A stretch of DNA of 64,000 nt from Candidatus Iainarchaeum sp. (GTDB taxonomy: Archaea; Micrarchaeota; Micrarchaeia; Burarchaeales; Fermentimicrarchaeaceae): NCBI GenBank assembly GCA_028714235.1, contig JAQTMQ010000002.1, positions 8,154 to 72,153 of the forward strand. Direction: 5' to 3'. The position numbers were made by a program, and so were the translations under genes. This document shows positions 27,783 through 37,459 of the stretch, in pieces. Within the stretch, counting starts at the first letter, position 1, and each line of letters starts with the position of its first letter. The notes under the pieces were generated by a model, which was not told the origin of the DNA, ran no database searches, and saw only the letters and a program-made list of their open reading frames with translations.

Positions 27783-28478
27783 TCACGACCTTCCCAGCGA
27801 TTCGGCGCGCCTCGCCCGCACGTAATCGCCGATTTCCCCGCCGGCGCGCTCAACCTCGTTGAGCGCCCGCTCGTTCCCGAATTCCACGAGGCGGTCCGCG
27901 CCATGCACCTGCACGCCCCGGTTCCGGCTTGATTTCACGATGTTGACCGCCGAAAGCAGGAATCCCCTGTCGTCCGTTTTCCTGTATTCCGAAAGCGCGT
28001 AATCGAATGCCGCTTTTCCCGCCTCCTCGCTCCCGTAAACGCCCGCCGCCTCCACGGACGCCTGCACCGCCTTCGGGAAAACCGGGGAACCCCCGCAATA
28101 CTCCATGTTCTTCCCCCAGATTCCCTCGACGTCCTCCTTTCCCATGCGCGCGAGCCTCTTGGCTGCCGCATCCGCGGCAAGCGGCGCCGAGTCCCCCATC
28201 CGGATTATTTCGCCCAGGACGTCAAACCGCCCCATAGACGCGATTTGCGAAATCGCGCGCGCGACGACAGAATGGGGCGACGTACTGAGCACGTCCTTGA
28301 TTGCATCGAACTCGCGTGCCCTCACGAGGCATAATATCGCGCTCCACCTTTCCTGGACGGCGTTGGGAATGCACGTATTCCTTTCCCCCTTGAGCGCGTC
28401 CTCCCTGTTCGCCCTCTCATCCGCGAAACTGAGGAACGCGCTCAAGCGCGAAGCCTGCTTCGTTTTCTCTGCCACCAA
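27783..28478 (-). CDS. alpha-helical repeat (HEAT-like) protein, paralog A
   Basis: It shares the C-terminal block ...ESLGRS and internal blocks with paralog B (RGRLDILGELVRGG vs MGRFDVLGEIIRMG). The true start is probably internal (MGRFDV...). Confidence 0.5.
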   Translation of the reverse strand: MVAEKTKQASRLSAFLSFADERANREDALKGERNTCIPNAVQERWSAILCLVRAREFDAIKDVLSTSPHSVVARAISQIASMGRFDVLGEIIRMGDSAPLAADAAAKRLARMGKEDVEGIWGKNMEYCGGSPVFPKAVQASVEAAGVYGSEEAGKAAFDYALSEYRKTDDRGFLLSAVNIVKSSRNRGVQVHGADRLVEFGNERALNEVERAGGEIGDYVRARRAESLGRS

Positions 28479-28493
28479 ACCACCCCAAAACCA

Positions 28494-29225
28494 TCAGGAC
28501 CTGCCCAGGCTGGTTTCCTTTTCATGCCTTAGTTGCTCCAACATCCGGCCGGCGTGTCCCTTAATCCGGTCGTTCCCGTTGCTTGAAACCCACGCAAGCG
28601 CGTCCTCGCGCCTAGACTCGTACAGCTTTTTCACGCCGTAGCGCTGCACGACGGCGCTCTCGCCGTAGCAGGCGATGTTCGCCGCGTTGCGGATGAAACC
28701 GCCTTCGACAAGCGTGTCGAACGCCTTTTTCGCCGTTTTCGGGCCGCAGTAGCGCCCGGCCTCCTCAAAGCCCTTCGCTACGTCCAGGGGGCTGGCCTTG
28801 CCGTCCTTTGCGGCAACGCTTGCCGCCTCCTCGAGCGCTTCTGGGCCGATGTATTGAAGCTTGTCCTTGGCGAAGTTCGCCGCATGCGTTTCGCCGCCCC
28901 GCACGAGCTCGCCGAGAATGTCCAGCCTGCCGCGGGCGAAAATCTCTTGCACGGTTTTCCGGGCGAGCGCGTAGCCCTCCTTGCCTTCAGCCGCCCTCAT
29001 GAGCGCGCCTTTCACGCTGCCCCAGTCGTTGCCGCGCATGTATTCCCCGATGAGGGCCGGCTTGGGCTCCTTCATCGCGTACGCCGGCCGCTCGGCCATC
29101 CTCGCAGCGAAATCGCTTTGCGCCGCGAACACGCTGCATTCCTCCGGCGGCTTCATTCCCGCGAACGGGCCCGCAGCCCTCCGCTTTCCCGCAACCGTTA
29201 CAGCCATCCCAATCCACCTCGTCAA
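28494..29225 (-). CDS. alpha-helical repeat (HEAT-like) protein, paralog B
   Basis: See paralog A. Its C-terminus is ...EKETSLGRS. Confidence 0.5.
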   Translation of the reverse strand: MTRWIGMAVTVAGKRRAAGPFAGMKPPEECSVFAAQSDFAARMAERPAYAMKEPKPALIGEYMRGNDWGSVKGALMRAAEGKEGYALARKTVQEIFARGRLDILGELVRGGETHAANFAKDKLQYIGPEALEEAASVAAKDGKASPLDVAKGFEEAGRYCGPKTAKKAFDTLVEGGFIRNAANIACYGESAVVQRYGVKKLYESRREDALAWVSSNGNDRIKGHAGRMLEQLRHEKETSLGRS

Positions 29226-29228
29226 GCC

Positions 29229-30032
29229 TCATGCCACTGAATCGAACATCCCGACCATCCTCGGCTTGAGGACGGCGCGCTCGGACGCCATTCTCTCGAT
29301 GTCTTCAGCCGCTTTTTCCGGCGACCCGCGCGCGAGCCGGAGCAAGGCGGCAACGTCCCCGGAGGATATTGCAAGCCTTGCGGCGTGCTCGGCGACGTCC
29401 GCCTTCGCGTCGCGCGCCTGCTTTTCGAGCGCCACGCTGACCGCGAGGGCCCTGTCGCTTTCCCACGCCTTGTCAACGCAATGCTTGGCGACTTCGCAGT
29501 CGGCGTTCCTGGCTGCGATGCGCGACGCGGATTCGTTCCAGCCCTTCGCGAGCGCCACGTCGATTGCGAGGCTTGCGGTTTCGGCCGGAGCGAAAGCCCC
29601 GATTGCCTCAAGCGCGTCCTCCGGCGCCTTTTCAACGTCCCCTTTCCCAACAAGCGAAAATTTTCCCTTCGCGTGCGCGGCGAATTCGCGCGAAAGGCGC
29701 GAACTGAGCTCAACCGCGCGCCCGAGCTCCGCCCAGCGCCCGTTTTCCGCGAGCGCGTCAATCGCGCGCGTTTTCGCGGCAGGGCGGTCCACGACCGCGG
29801 AGCCGGCCAAGCGCGCCCAGTCCTGCTTCTTGACCGCGTCGCCAATCCGCGCGAGCGCGCGCCCGTCAAGCGAGGCAGAAACGTCGCTCGCAAGGCGCGA
29901 GAAAACGCCGCCCGCGTTGCCTTCCTTCCCCGCTTTCGGGAGGGTTATTCCCAAGCCGATGGTGTCGCTGCCCAGCGCCGCCATGCCGGCATCCGGGGCG
30001 CCGGCCTCCCTCTTTTTCGCCGAGGTTCGCAT
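29229..30032 (-). CDS. alpha-helical repeat protein, paralog C
   Basis: The plausible protein runs from ATG at 30032 (MRTSAKKREAG...), Ala-rich and helical. The longer ORF extension up to 30518 is R/G/P junk. Confidence 0.45.
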   Translation of the reverse strand: MRTSAKKREAGAPDAGMAALGSDTIGLGITLPKAGKEGNAGGVFSRLASDVSASLDGRALARIGDAVKKQDWARLAGSAVVDRPAAKTRAIDALAENGRWAELGRAVELSSRLSREFAAHAKGKFSLVGKGDVEKAPEDALEAIGAFAPAETASLAIDVALAKGWNESASRIAARNADCEVAKHCVDKAWESDRALAVSVALEKQARDAKADVAEHAARLAISSGDVAALLRLARGSPEKAAEDIERMASERAVLKPRMVGMFDSVA

Positions 30033-30100
30033 GGCTACACCCGCGAAGGGGAGGAATAATAACTTAACTCCGGGCGCGCGTTCGCTCGACGGCCCGCCTT

Positions 30101-30755
30101 TCAGTCCATCCGCTTTCCTTTGAGCTGCGAGTTTCTCAGCATCAATCCGAACTCCGCGTCGTTCATCCAGTTCGTGCGCGCAATCAGCGCGCTCGCAACC
30201 TCTGGCGGAACGGACTCGTTGCCGGAAAGCATTGAGTTTACGCCCTCTTTTGCGGTGTCGTAATCGCTTTCCAGCGCGAGGCGGCGCAAGCCGTCGCGCG
30301 CCCCACGGCTTGAAAGGAATTCGACCGCCAGCTTCCATGCCCCGGGCGAATTCGTGTTCGCGCCGATGCATTTTATCCCTTCGGCCGCAGCCTTGGCGAC
30401 ATCCAGCTGCAGGGGGTGGGCTGCGGGTCGCCCGGCGATGCTTGAAAAAAGCTTCACCGCCTCTCCGGCTTCCGGGGCGCGCGGAACGCTTCTTGCCACG
30501 TGCCGGATTGCGTCGCACGCGAAGCGACCGCAGCAGTCGGCTTCAAGGCCGGGAAGCGGGCGCCCGCTCGGCCGCACTCTCCTCAAAAACGCGCGCTCCT
30601 TCCCGCTGAGGCAGGACGCCTGCCCTGGGTCGGCGAGGCGGCCCATGAGCGTGAACGCAAAATCGATTTCGCCGAGCAGCTCCGGAACGCTTTTCAGGGA
30701 GCGTGGCTTCGCTTGCCCGGCCCTGCCTTCAGGGCCAACCGTTTTCTCCTTCATC
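30101..30755 (-). CDS. alpha-helical repeat protein, paralog D
   Basis: Start chosen at ATG 30755 (MKEKTV...) so that it does not run through the divergent promoter. Confidence 0.4.
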
Positions 30756-30787
30756 AGCACCACGGGAAACCCTTGGGCGGCAATGGG

Positions 30788-30803
30788 ATATATAGATATA
30801 ATA
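30788..30803. promoter_or_regulatory. AT-rich bidirectional TATA region (ATATATAGATATAATA)
   Basis: Centred ~30 nt upstream of the plus ATG at 30825 and ~35-40 nt upstream of the minus ATG at 30755. Confidence 0.45.
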
Positions 30804-30824
30804 CGGTCGCCCAAAAGCATTGCC

Positions 30825-31661
30825 ATGGACCAGCTCGTCGTTTTCACGTTCGCATTCGTTTCAGTGCTCGAAATCGCGTTGCCGTTCGCGGCCGCCTTCT
30901 GGCTCGCAAAAAAGCTCGGGCCTTCGTGGAAGGCTTTCGCGGCGGGCGCGCTCTTCTTCGTCGTCATCCAACTGGTGCACGCGCCGGTTGCGGTGGCCGT
31001 GCAGTCGGGTTTCGGGGCGGGCGTGGCAAGCCAGCCGCTCATGCTTGCCGCCCTCGCGGCGGTCCTCGGCCTCCTTGCCGGGCTGTTCGAGGAAGTGGGC
31101 AGGTTCCTCGCGTTCAGGCACGTATTCGGGCGCGCCGGCATCCGGCTGGACGGCAGGAACGCGGCAATGTTCGGCGTGGGGTGGGGCGGAATCGAGAGCG
31201 CAATCGTCGGGGCTCTTCTCATATTCACGATGTTCATCTACGCTTCCCTGCAGCCGGCCACTCCCGCATACATCGCACAGGTCAACGCAAGCATGAACGG
31301 CACGCTCACGGGCGAGCAGGCCATGCTCCTGTCCGCGCAAACGCAGCAGCTTCTCTCGCTTTCGCCGCTTGACCTTCTCCCGAGCCTGGCCGAGAGGATA
31401 ATGGCAATGGTGCTCCACGTCGCCTGGACGATGCTCGTTTTCCTCGCGGCAATCCAGAACAGGAAAAAGCTGCTCGCCGTCGCGATAGCATGGCACGCGG
31501 CGGTCGACTTCTCGACCGTCCTAATCGCGCAGCTCGCCGGAGTCTACGCCGCGGAGGCGTCGCTTCTCGTTTTCGCCGTCATCGCCGCATACTACATCAA
31601 AAACAGCTGGCCCGAATTCATGCAGGCGGCCGAGAGCGCGCCGCAGCAAACCGGCGCCTAA
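30825..31661 (+). CDS. polytopic membrane protein, CPBP/YhfC-like putative intramembrane metalloprotease
   Basis: ~7 TM helices. EEVGRF (EExxR-like) and AWHAAVDF (HxxxD/N-like) motifs lie in membrane helices. Confidence 0.5.
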   Translation: MDQLVVFTFAFVSVLEIALPFAAAFWLAKKLGPSWKAFAAGALFFVVIQLVHAPVAVAVQSGFGAGVASQPLMLAALAAVLGLLAGLFEEVGRFLAFRHVFGRAGIRLDGRNAAMFGVGWGGIESAIVGALLIFTMFIYASLQPATPAYIAQVNASMNGTLTGEQAMLLSAQTQQLLSLSPLDLLPSLAERIMAMVLHVAWTMLVFLAAIQNRKKLLAVAIAWHAAVDFSTVLIAQLAGVYAAEASLLVFAVIAAYYIKNSWPEFMQAAESAPQQTGA

Positions 31662-31715
31662 GCCTCGCGCGCCCCGGCCGCAACCGCGCCCGCTCCCTTG
31701 CTCCCTTATTTGCCG

Positions 31716-33182
31716 CTAGACCCTGAAGCGGGAGAACGCCTTGCCGTCGATGACGTCGCGGAAGGCGCCCCTGGAGACATCCGGGTTGTGCGCGAACAGC
31801 CAGAAAAGCGTTTCAACGTTCCCGTTTGCTACCGCCACGTCCTTTACATGGCGCGCGACTTCCGGGTGTTTCGTGTGGCAGGCGACCTTGTTCACGCCAT
31901 CCCATCCGGCTTGGCCTCCCTCCCCCGCAAGCTCGTCTACGGCAAGGTTCGCGACATCGGGCCGGCACATCATCCCGAACTCCGCGACCATGTCCCAATC
32001 GCTTTTCGCCGCGGCGGCAAGCACGTCCTCCTTTTCCGCCCTCCCAATCACCGCATTCCCGTATCTCACCACTTCATCATGCTTAGTGGAATGCTGCATC
32101 CTCCCAACAAGGTCAAACCGGTGGTTCTCCGCCCCCCATTCCATGACGCGCTTCTCCAGCTCGGGTGAGTGCCTGCTCGCGAACGTAACCGCCACCCAAT
32201 CCTCGCCTTCGTCAAGCGCTTTCAGCACGGCCTTCTCCGCCAGTCCCCTATATAGCCTCGGCGCCTCAAAGCCGGCGCCGTCCGCAAACACGCCCCAACG
32301 CTTGTTCTTGAGCGCGTAATCGACCGCATCCGCCTGTGCTTTGAGCGAAGCGTGCCGCATGGCCGACCAGAAAACCTCCCGCTTCCCCGCATCCCTCGCA
32401 AGGTCAAAGCACAGCTCCTTCGGCTGGTTCCGCCACCCGTACAGGACGGTTTCCGTGACCACTTCCCACATTCCCGCCTTCGCCGCTGCGGCAAGCCCGT
32501 AGCGCGCCACCTCCTCGGGCCCGCTGAACACGAGCGCGGTCAACCCCTTGGCGTCGCGCTTGGACACGAGCGCGTCCACGTCCTCCCTGGTCGCGCCCTT
32601 CATCATTTCCTGCGCGTCGTCGGAGTTTCCGACAGTGGCCCACAGTCTTGCCTTAACCGCCTCCTCAAGCGCGGCATGCTTCGCCTCCCGCGACTTCGCC
32701 TTGAAGGCAATGACGCCAATAGTCTTCGCTTTCCCCTTTTCCCCCGCAAGCCTTGCCCCGAAAACCCCGACTTCCGGGATTTCGCTGTTAACCGCAATCC
32801 TGTTGAACGCCGGCCAGCTGCCGTTTTCAGCCGCGAGGACGAGGCCGAATTTCTGCACTTCCGCGAGTTTCGAGCGCGATGCGATGTACCCCAATGCCTT
32901 GAGCTGTTTTTTTCCGGCCGCGATTCCAAGCGCCTTCTCGCCTACGTAAGCGCTCATGCTCTCCGCCCCGATTTCCTGGAAGCTGTCCCACTTACCCGCC
33001 TTGGCGGCCCTCTCCAGCCGCCAGACCTGCAAACGCTCGACCGGCGTTCCCACCCTAAGGGCGACTCCAGGCCCCGGGCCGTCGCCCGCGAGCATTCCGG
33101 AGCGCAACAGCTCGCGCAGCGGCCTTTCAGCGGTACCAGCGGAAACCTTGTCCCTGTGTTTCATGCCACACGCCTCCATCAA
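31716..33182 (-). CDS. alpha-helical repeat protein, paralog E
   Basis: 488 aa, Ala/Glu/Lys-rich helical with recurring ...AAKAG.W..V... units. It overlaps paralog F stop/start by 4 nt. Confidence 0.5.
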   Translation of the reverse strand: MMEACGMKHRDKVSAGTAERPLRELLRSGMLAGDGPGPGVALRVGTPVERLQVWRLERAAKAGKWDSFQEIGAESMSAYVGEKALGIAAGKKQLKALGYIASRSKLAEVQKFGLVLAAENGSWPAFNRIAVNSEIPEVGVFGARLAGEKGKAKTIGVIAFKAKSREAKHAALEEAVKARLWATVGNSDDAQEMMKGATREDVDALVSKRDAKGLTALVFSGPEEVARYGLAAAAKAGMWEVVTETVLYGWRNQPKELCFDLARDAGKREVFWSAMRHASLKAQADAVDYALKNKRWGVFADGAGFEAPRLYRGLAEKAVLKALDEGEDWVAVTFASRHSPELEKRVMEWGAENHRFDLVGRMQHSTKHDEVVRYGNAVIGRAEKEDVLAAAAKSDWDMVAEFGMMCRPDVANLAVDELAGEGGQAGWDGVNKVACHTKHPEVARHVKDVAVANGNVETLFWLFAHNPDVSRGAFRDVIDGKAFSRFRV

Positions 33183-35320
33183 ACCGTTTCGCGCGCTTCT
33201 CGTTTCCGGGAAACGGTTCCAAGAATGCTTTCAAGCTCCGGGCCGTTCCCGTGCTCAAGCGCGAGAAGGATGCAGTACTTCCCAATCCTGTCCGAACCAT
33301 CCGCCTTGGCCGCATCCCGGACTTTTTCCCACCTGCCCGCTTCCGCGTCGGCCGAAAGCCGGGCGCAAACGGGTTTCCCGTCTTTTGGCACGGCGTAGCG
33401 CACCCAGTCCGAAACCGGGTGCGGCCGCCCTCTTCCCCTCTCTATATTCAGGCCGGCAAGCCAGGACTTGAGGCACGCGCGCGAAATCCCTTCAAATTCA
33501 CCCGCCGAAGGCGGTTGCCCGCTTTTCTCCAGCTCCCCCAGGATTCCGGCCGCGGCAGCGTAATCGCATGAAGCGGCGGCCCTTGCCAAGCCCTCAACCC
33601 CTGAAGCATGCGCTCCCGCGTTTTCGGGGGCGGGCGGCTTCCGCCCGGCCGTCTCGTCGCCACTTGTTTCGGCCCGCGCGGGAACCGGCGCCGCCGCGTT
33701 TTCGGCTTGAGTGCCGGGTTCCACCCGCTTCTTTCCCGAAACGATTGAAGCAATCCTTTTGAGCGCGCCGTACTCCCCGTTGTTGAGCGCGAGAAGCGCG
33801 GCCGTCTTCTCGGCGAAGCCCGACCTCGCGCCCCGCACCGCCTCCTCGATTCCCTCCGCGTCCCGCTTGTCGGAAAGCGCAAGCAGCCTGTCGCGCGCAG
33901 CCGTTTCGCCTGCCGGGCAGCCGGCAAGCCAGAGCGAAACCGGGTTTGAGCGGGCGGGAACCTCCCGGCCTGCTTTGCCCATCCACGCGGACGCCGCATC
34001 CTGCGCGCATTTCTCGCGCAGCGAGGAAAGCCTGTTTCCTGCCGCCCTGGAATCCGCGTCAAGCACTCCCGCGAGCGCGGAAACCGCGGCCCACTCCTCC
34101 CCGCCAAGCGCATCCGCAAGCGAGTCAAACGCCTGCTTCCTGAGCGCGCCTGCCTCCACCGGCCCGAGCGCGCGCGAAACGTTTGCGCCGGGCCCCGCGG
34201 GGTCGCCGCCTAGTTTTCCGTGCCCGACTCTCCTGTCGTGGTAGCGCCCGGCGCCGGCCCCATTCTTTGGGGACGCGGTAATGCTCGCGTCATTCAGCTC
34301 GATTGGCCAGGCGCCGGCAGCCGGCTTCTTCTCGGGCGGCTTGGTTTCAGGCGGCAGCCTTGCGAGCGCGGCTTTCGCGGGCCCGGAGACTTGCGGGTTT
34401 TTGGATTCCGCCAGCTTCGCAATCGTTTCCCTTGCCTCTTTCTCTTCAAGCAGAAGAAAAAGCCTTTCGCTCGCTTCAGGCGTTATCGCCCCGCTTTCAA
34501 CAAGGCCGCCCACGAAACCCGTTTTTCCTGAAATGTCAGTCGAGCGCAGGACTTCCACAAGGAACGTCGCGCTCTCGTCATTCCTCGTAATCACGGCTTC
34601 AGCAAGCTGGTGAAGGGTGTTCTCGACTTCCACGGCCGAAGCCCCTTTTATCTGCCCAGGCGCGGGCAAACCCGTTCCGGTTGCAGCCGCGCCTTCCGCG
34701 CCAGCGGTTGCAACGGCCGGCTTCGTTGCGGCACCGGCTTCGCCCAAGCTTCCCTTTTGCGCCGGAGCGGATACAACGGCGGTTGCGGGCTGTTGCACTT
34801 GCCGCGCGGGCTGCGCGGGCGCCGGGGCATGCACGGTTGTTGCAGGCGTTTCCCCCTGCGCGCCCGCTTGGGGGGCGGCTGCCTTGAGCGCTTCGGCCGC
34901 AAGCTCCTTGACTTTCGGGTTCCTCGCGTTGCTCGCCAGGAATCCCATCCTTTCAAGGTCGCCGTTCCGCCTGAACAGCGCGATGGCCTGTGCGCCGAAG
35001 CTTTCCGGCGTCTTCGGCTTGAGCGCCACGGCCAGAAGGAGCGGGGAGACGCGTTTCGCCTCCTCGCCTGCCGGAATCTTCGCGACTTTTTCGGTGGCGC
35101 CGGGCCATCTGTCGCTGGAAATCAGCTGGATGAGGTATTCGGTTTCATCGATTCTGGGGTGGCTTTTCCGGCCGTAGCCCGGAGTCGTCATTTTTTGCCT
35201 TCGGTAAGCCTCGCTGAACTCGTCCTTCGGCCCTTTGGGGTTGTCCCGCCTCACCTTTTCATGCCTGGCCTTTTCCGCACCCTTCCTGCCACGCACCCTT
35301 TCCGCGTTCTTCCAGCCCAT
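33179..35320 (-). CDS. alpha-helical repeat protein with central Ala/Pro-rich linker, paralog F
   Basis: Start placed at ATG 35320 (MGWKNAERV...), which puts TTATATTATT (35342-35351, minus strand) at about -27. A low-complexity linker AAPQAGAQGETPATTVHAPAPAQPARQVQQPATAVVSAPAQ separates the halves. Confidence 0.5.
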   Translation of the reverse strand: MGWKNAERVRGRKGAEKARHEKVRRDNPKGPKDEFSEAYRRQKMTTPGYGRKSHPRIDETEYLIQLISSDRWPGATEKVAKIPAGEEAKRVSPLLLAVALKPKTPESFGAQAIALFRRNGDLERMGFLASNARNPKVKELAAEALKAAAPQAGAQGETPATTVHAPAPAQPARQVQQPATAVVSAPAQKGSLGEAGAATKPAVATAGAEGAAATGTGLPAPGQIKGASAVEVENTLHQLAEAVITRNDESATFLVEVLRSTDISGKTGFVGGLVESGAITPEASERLFLLLEEKEARETIAKLAESKNPQVSGPAKAALARLPPETKPPEKKPAAGAWPIELNDASITASPKNGAGAGRYHDRRVGHGKLGGDPAGPGANVSRALGPVEAGALRKQAFDSLADALGGEEWAAVSALAGVLDADSRAAGNRLSSLREKCAQDAASAWMGKAGREVPARSNPVSLWLAGCPAGETAARDRLLALSDKRDAEGIEEAVRGARSGFAEKTAALLALNNGEYGALKRIASIVSGKKRVEPGTQAENAAAPVPARAETSGDETAGRKPPAPENAGAHASGVEGLARAAASCDYAAAAGILGELEKSGQPPSAGEFEGISRACLKSWLAGLNIERGRGRPHPVSDWVRYAVPKDGKPVCARLSADAEAGRWEKVRDAAKADGSDRIGKYCILLALEHGNGPELESILGTVSRKREARETV

Positions 35321-35404
35321 CGGGGTTTCCCTGCGAAACACAATAATATAACATGCTGCCCCCGGACTGGCGTTTTCGGGCGCGTTCTCGCCCCCGAAGC
35401 CGGC

Positions 35405-35414
35405 AAATTATATT
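35405..35414 (+). promoter_or_regulatory. TATA-like box (AAATTATATT) for the metallopeptidase pair; a GGTGGG Shine-Dalgarno-like element lies 5 nt before the ATG
   Basis: Seen directly in the sequence: TATA at 35405-35414, GGTGGG at 35451-35456, ATG at 35462. Confidence 0.4.
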
Positions 35415-35461
35415 CTTATCCCTCTTTACTTAGTGCCGTTCCAGTCCAAGGGTGGGTTTTC

Positions 35462-37453
35462 ATGGCGGTAACCGCGGTAAAGCAGCAGAAAGCCGGTTCC
35501 GGCGCGCGCAAGGACGTCCTGGCCGACGGCGAAACCGTGAGGTTCGCGGGCAAGGATTACCGCATCCTGAGGATAGCGAACCCGCTTTTCGGCGATTTCG
35601 CGGAAGGCGGGCTGCTTTCGGGCGGGGAGAGGCGCGCCTACCTCGAAGTAATCCGCGCGCTCCTCCCGGTGGTCGGGCTCACGAACGAAATCTGCGCGAG
35701 CCAGACCGCGGACGGGCATTACGGCGCGATTAAATGGCTTGGAACCATCGCCGAAAACGTTGGCGAGGGCGCCGTCAACGCGGGATTCCTGCGCAAGCTG
35801 CGCGTGTTCCACGCCTTCACGGAAAGGGCGCTCTCGCTTTACGACGACAATTCCGGCATGAAGGCCATTCCGCCCTTCACGCGGAAGGAGCTCAAGGATG
35901 CGGTGCAGTCTGTCCGGGACGCGGGCAGCCGCGCGCAACTCCTTTCGCAATTCGACCGGCATGCCGAAACCATTTTTTCGGTGGAGCCGGTTCCTCCGGG
36001 CATGAACCTTTACCGCTTCCGCACCCCGGCCGACAAGCGCGCTTTCCTGGAAAGCTTGGGCCCGGAATACGCGTCGCTTGAGGAGGAGCTGAAGTGCGCC
36101 GCGAGGGAGCTCATGGCCTCGCCGGAATCCGGCACCGAAAAGTATGCGGCGGCGGGCAGGAAGATGGGCAGGATGCAGGCCGAGGCGCTCCGCGGCGCGC
36201 TCAAGGCCTCAGGAGCCCGCGGCTACGACGCGCCGGACACAATCGTCTTCATGTCCTGCGGGGCGGACGGCAGGCTTGCCGTGAAGGCGGAGAAATACGA
36301 GGACGTTTTCGCAAGCGAGCTACGCGGAATCGCGGCGTGCTTCATGCGGGCGAGCGTTCTCTCCGAAAAGGTTTCGCCCAAGCTCTCCTCGCAGCTCGCC
36401 CTGCTTTCCAGGGCGGCGGTTTCCGGCGGCTACGCGGACGCGGACGAGGCGAGCTACAGGATAACGTCCGGGGACTCGAAGCTTGACGTTGGCTTCGAGT
36501 GGAAGGAAACGTACATTGACGGGCTTCTCGGGCGGAAGGGCGAAATCTCGTTCCGCCTTACCACCGCGGCCCTGCAGGAAAGCGGGGTGAACGCGGGGAT
36601 TCGCGCGGACCCCCGGTTCCGCGCGCTCAACATCGTGACCGGAGACAACCTTCTCCTCGGCGGGTTTGGCTGGAAAATCCCGTTCAGCGGGCAGAAGCTG
36701 CCCAACGGCGACAGCCCGGTTTACAAGGTCGTCATCATGAGGAACGCGGCGGAGCGCATACAAGGGGAGCGGCTCAAGCCCCTGCGTGAAATAATCGCCA
36801 TGTCGCCGGAAAACGAGGAGAAAACGCTTTCCGCCTTAATTCCCGACGTCACCATGCACGAGGCGAGCCACATGCTCGGCGGAAGCGACGCCCCCCACCT
36901 TTCGTCCTTCGCTAACGCGGTCGAGGAATGCAGCGCGGAATCGAACGCGCTCGTCCTCGCGGAAAAGATGGCGCCCGGGCACGTGCGCGGAATGGTTTTC
37001 AAGCGCGCGGCGTACGGCCCCATCTGGGCGGCGATAGGGCTTTCGGGCGCGCACCAGAAGGCGTACGTCTACATAGCCGGCAGGATGATGGACGGGGGAG
37101 CGGCAAGGACGGACCCGGAAACCGGCAGGCTTTGCGTTGACGCGGAGCGCGCCGTGCCGATAATCCGGCAGGTCGCGGCGGAATGCCTGCTTCTTGAAAA
37201 GCCTTGGCAGGATGCGGATGCCGCGGAAGCGCTTCTCGCGCCAGAGCTCGGGAAGCTGGTTCCCGCGGGAAGGAAGCCGGGCAAAAGCGAGCTTGAGGCC
37301 GCGGCCCTCGCGCGCGCAGAAAAAATGTTCGGGGACGAGAACATCGGGCGGATTGCCGGGAACCTCGCGCCCGCATTGCGGAAGCTCGCAGGCAAGCCGG
37401 TAGCGCTCGGGTGGTACGGCTTCTCGGACGACCCGCTCAACAAGAGGGTTTAG
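35462..37453 (+). CDS. putative gluzincin-type zinc metallopeptidase (HEASH-X18-EE), tandem paralog 1
   Basis: 663 aa with motif MHEASHMLGGSDAPHLSSFANAVEECSAESN (HEXXH followed 18 residues later by EE). It is ~45% identical to paralog 2 along its length. Confidence 0.65.
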   Translation: MAVTAVKQQKAGSGARKDVLADGETVRFAGKDYRILRIANPLFGDFAEGGLLSGGERRAYLEVIRALLPVVGLTNEICASQTADGHYGAIKWLGTIAENVGEGAVNAGFLRKLRVFHAFTERALSLYDDNSGMKAIPPFTRKELKDAVQSVRDAGSRAQLLSQFDRHAETIFSVEPVPPGMNLYRFRTPADKRAFLESLGPEYASLEEELKCAARELMASPESGTEKYAAAGRKMGRMQAEALRGALKASGARGYDAPDTIVFMSCGADGRLAVKAEKYEDVFASELRGIAACFMRASVLSEKVSPKLSSQLALLSRAAVSGGYADADEASYRITSGDSKLDVGFEWKETYIDGLLGRKGEISFRLTTAALQESGVNAGIRADPRFRALNIVTGDNLLLGGFGWKIPFSGQKLPNGDSPVYKVVIMRNAAERIQGERLKPLREIIAMSPENEEKTLSALIPDVTMHEASHMLGGSDAPHLSSFANAVEECSAESNALVLAEKMAPGHVRGMVFKRAAYGPIWAAIGLSGAHQKAYVYIAGRMMDGGAARTDPETGRLCVDAERAVPIIRQVAAECLLLEKPWQDADAAEALLAPELGKLVPAGRKPGKSELEAAALARAEKMFGDENIGRIAGNLAPALRKLAGKPVALGWYGFSDDPLNKRV

Positions 37454-37459
37454 GGGGCG

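Noticed and set aside
34610-35461. 5' extension of the long plus ORF 34610..37453
   Set aside because: The extension overlaps the minus-strand paralog F gene and is R/G-rich. ATG at 35462, preceded by a TATA-like box and a GGTGGG SD, gives a 663-aa protein identical in length to its paralog.
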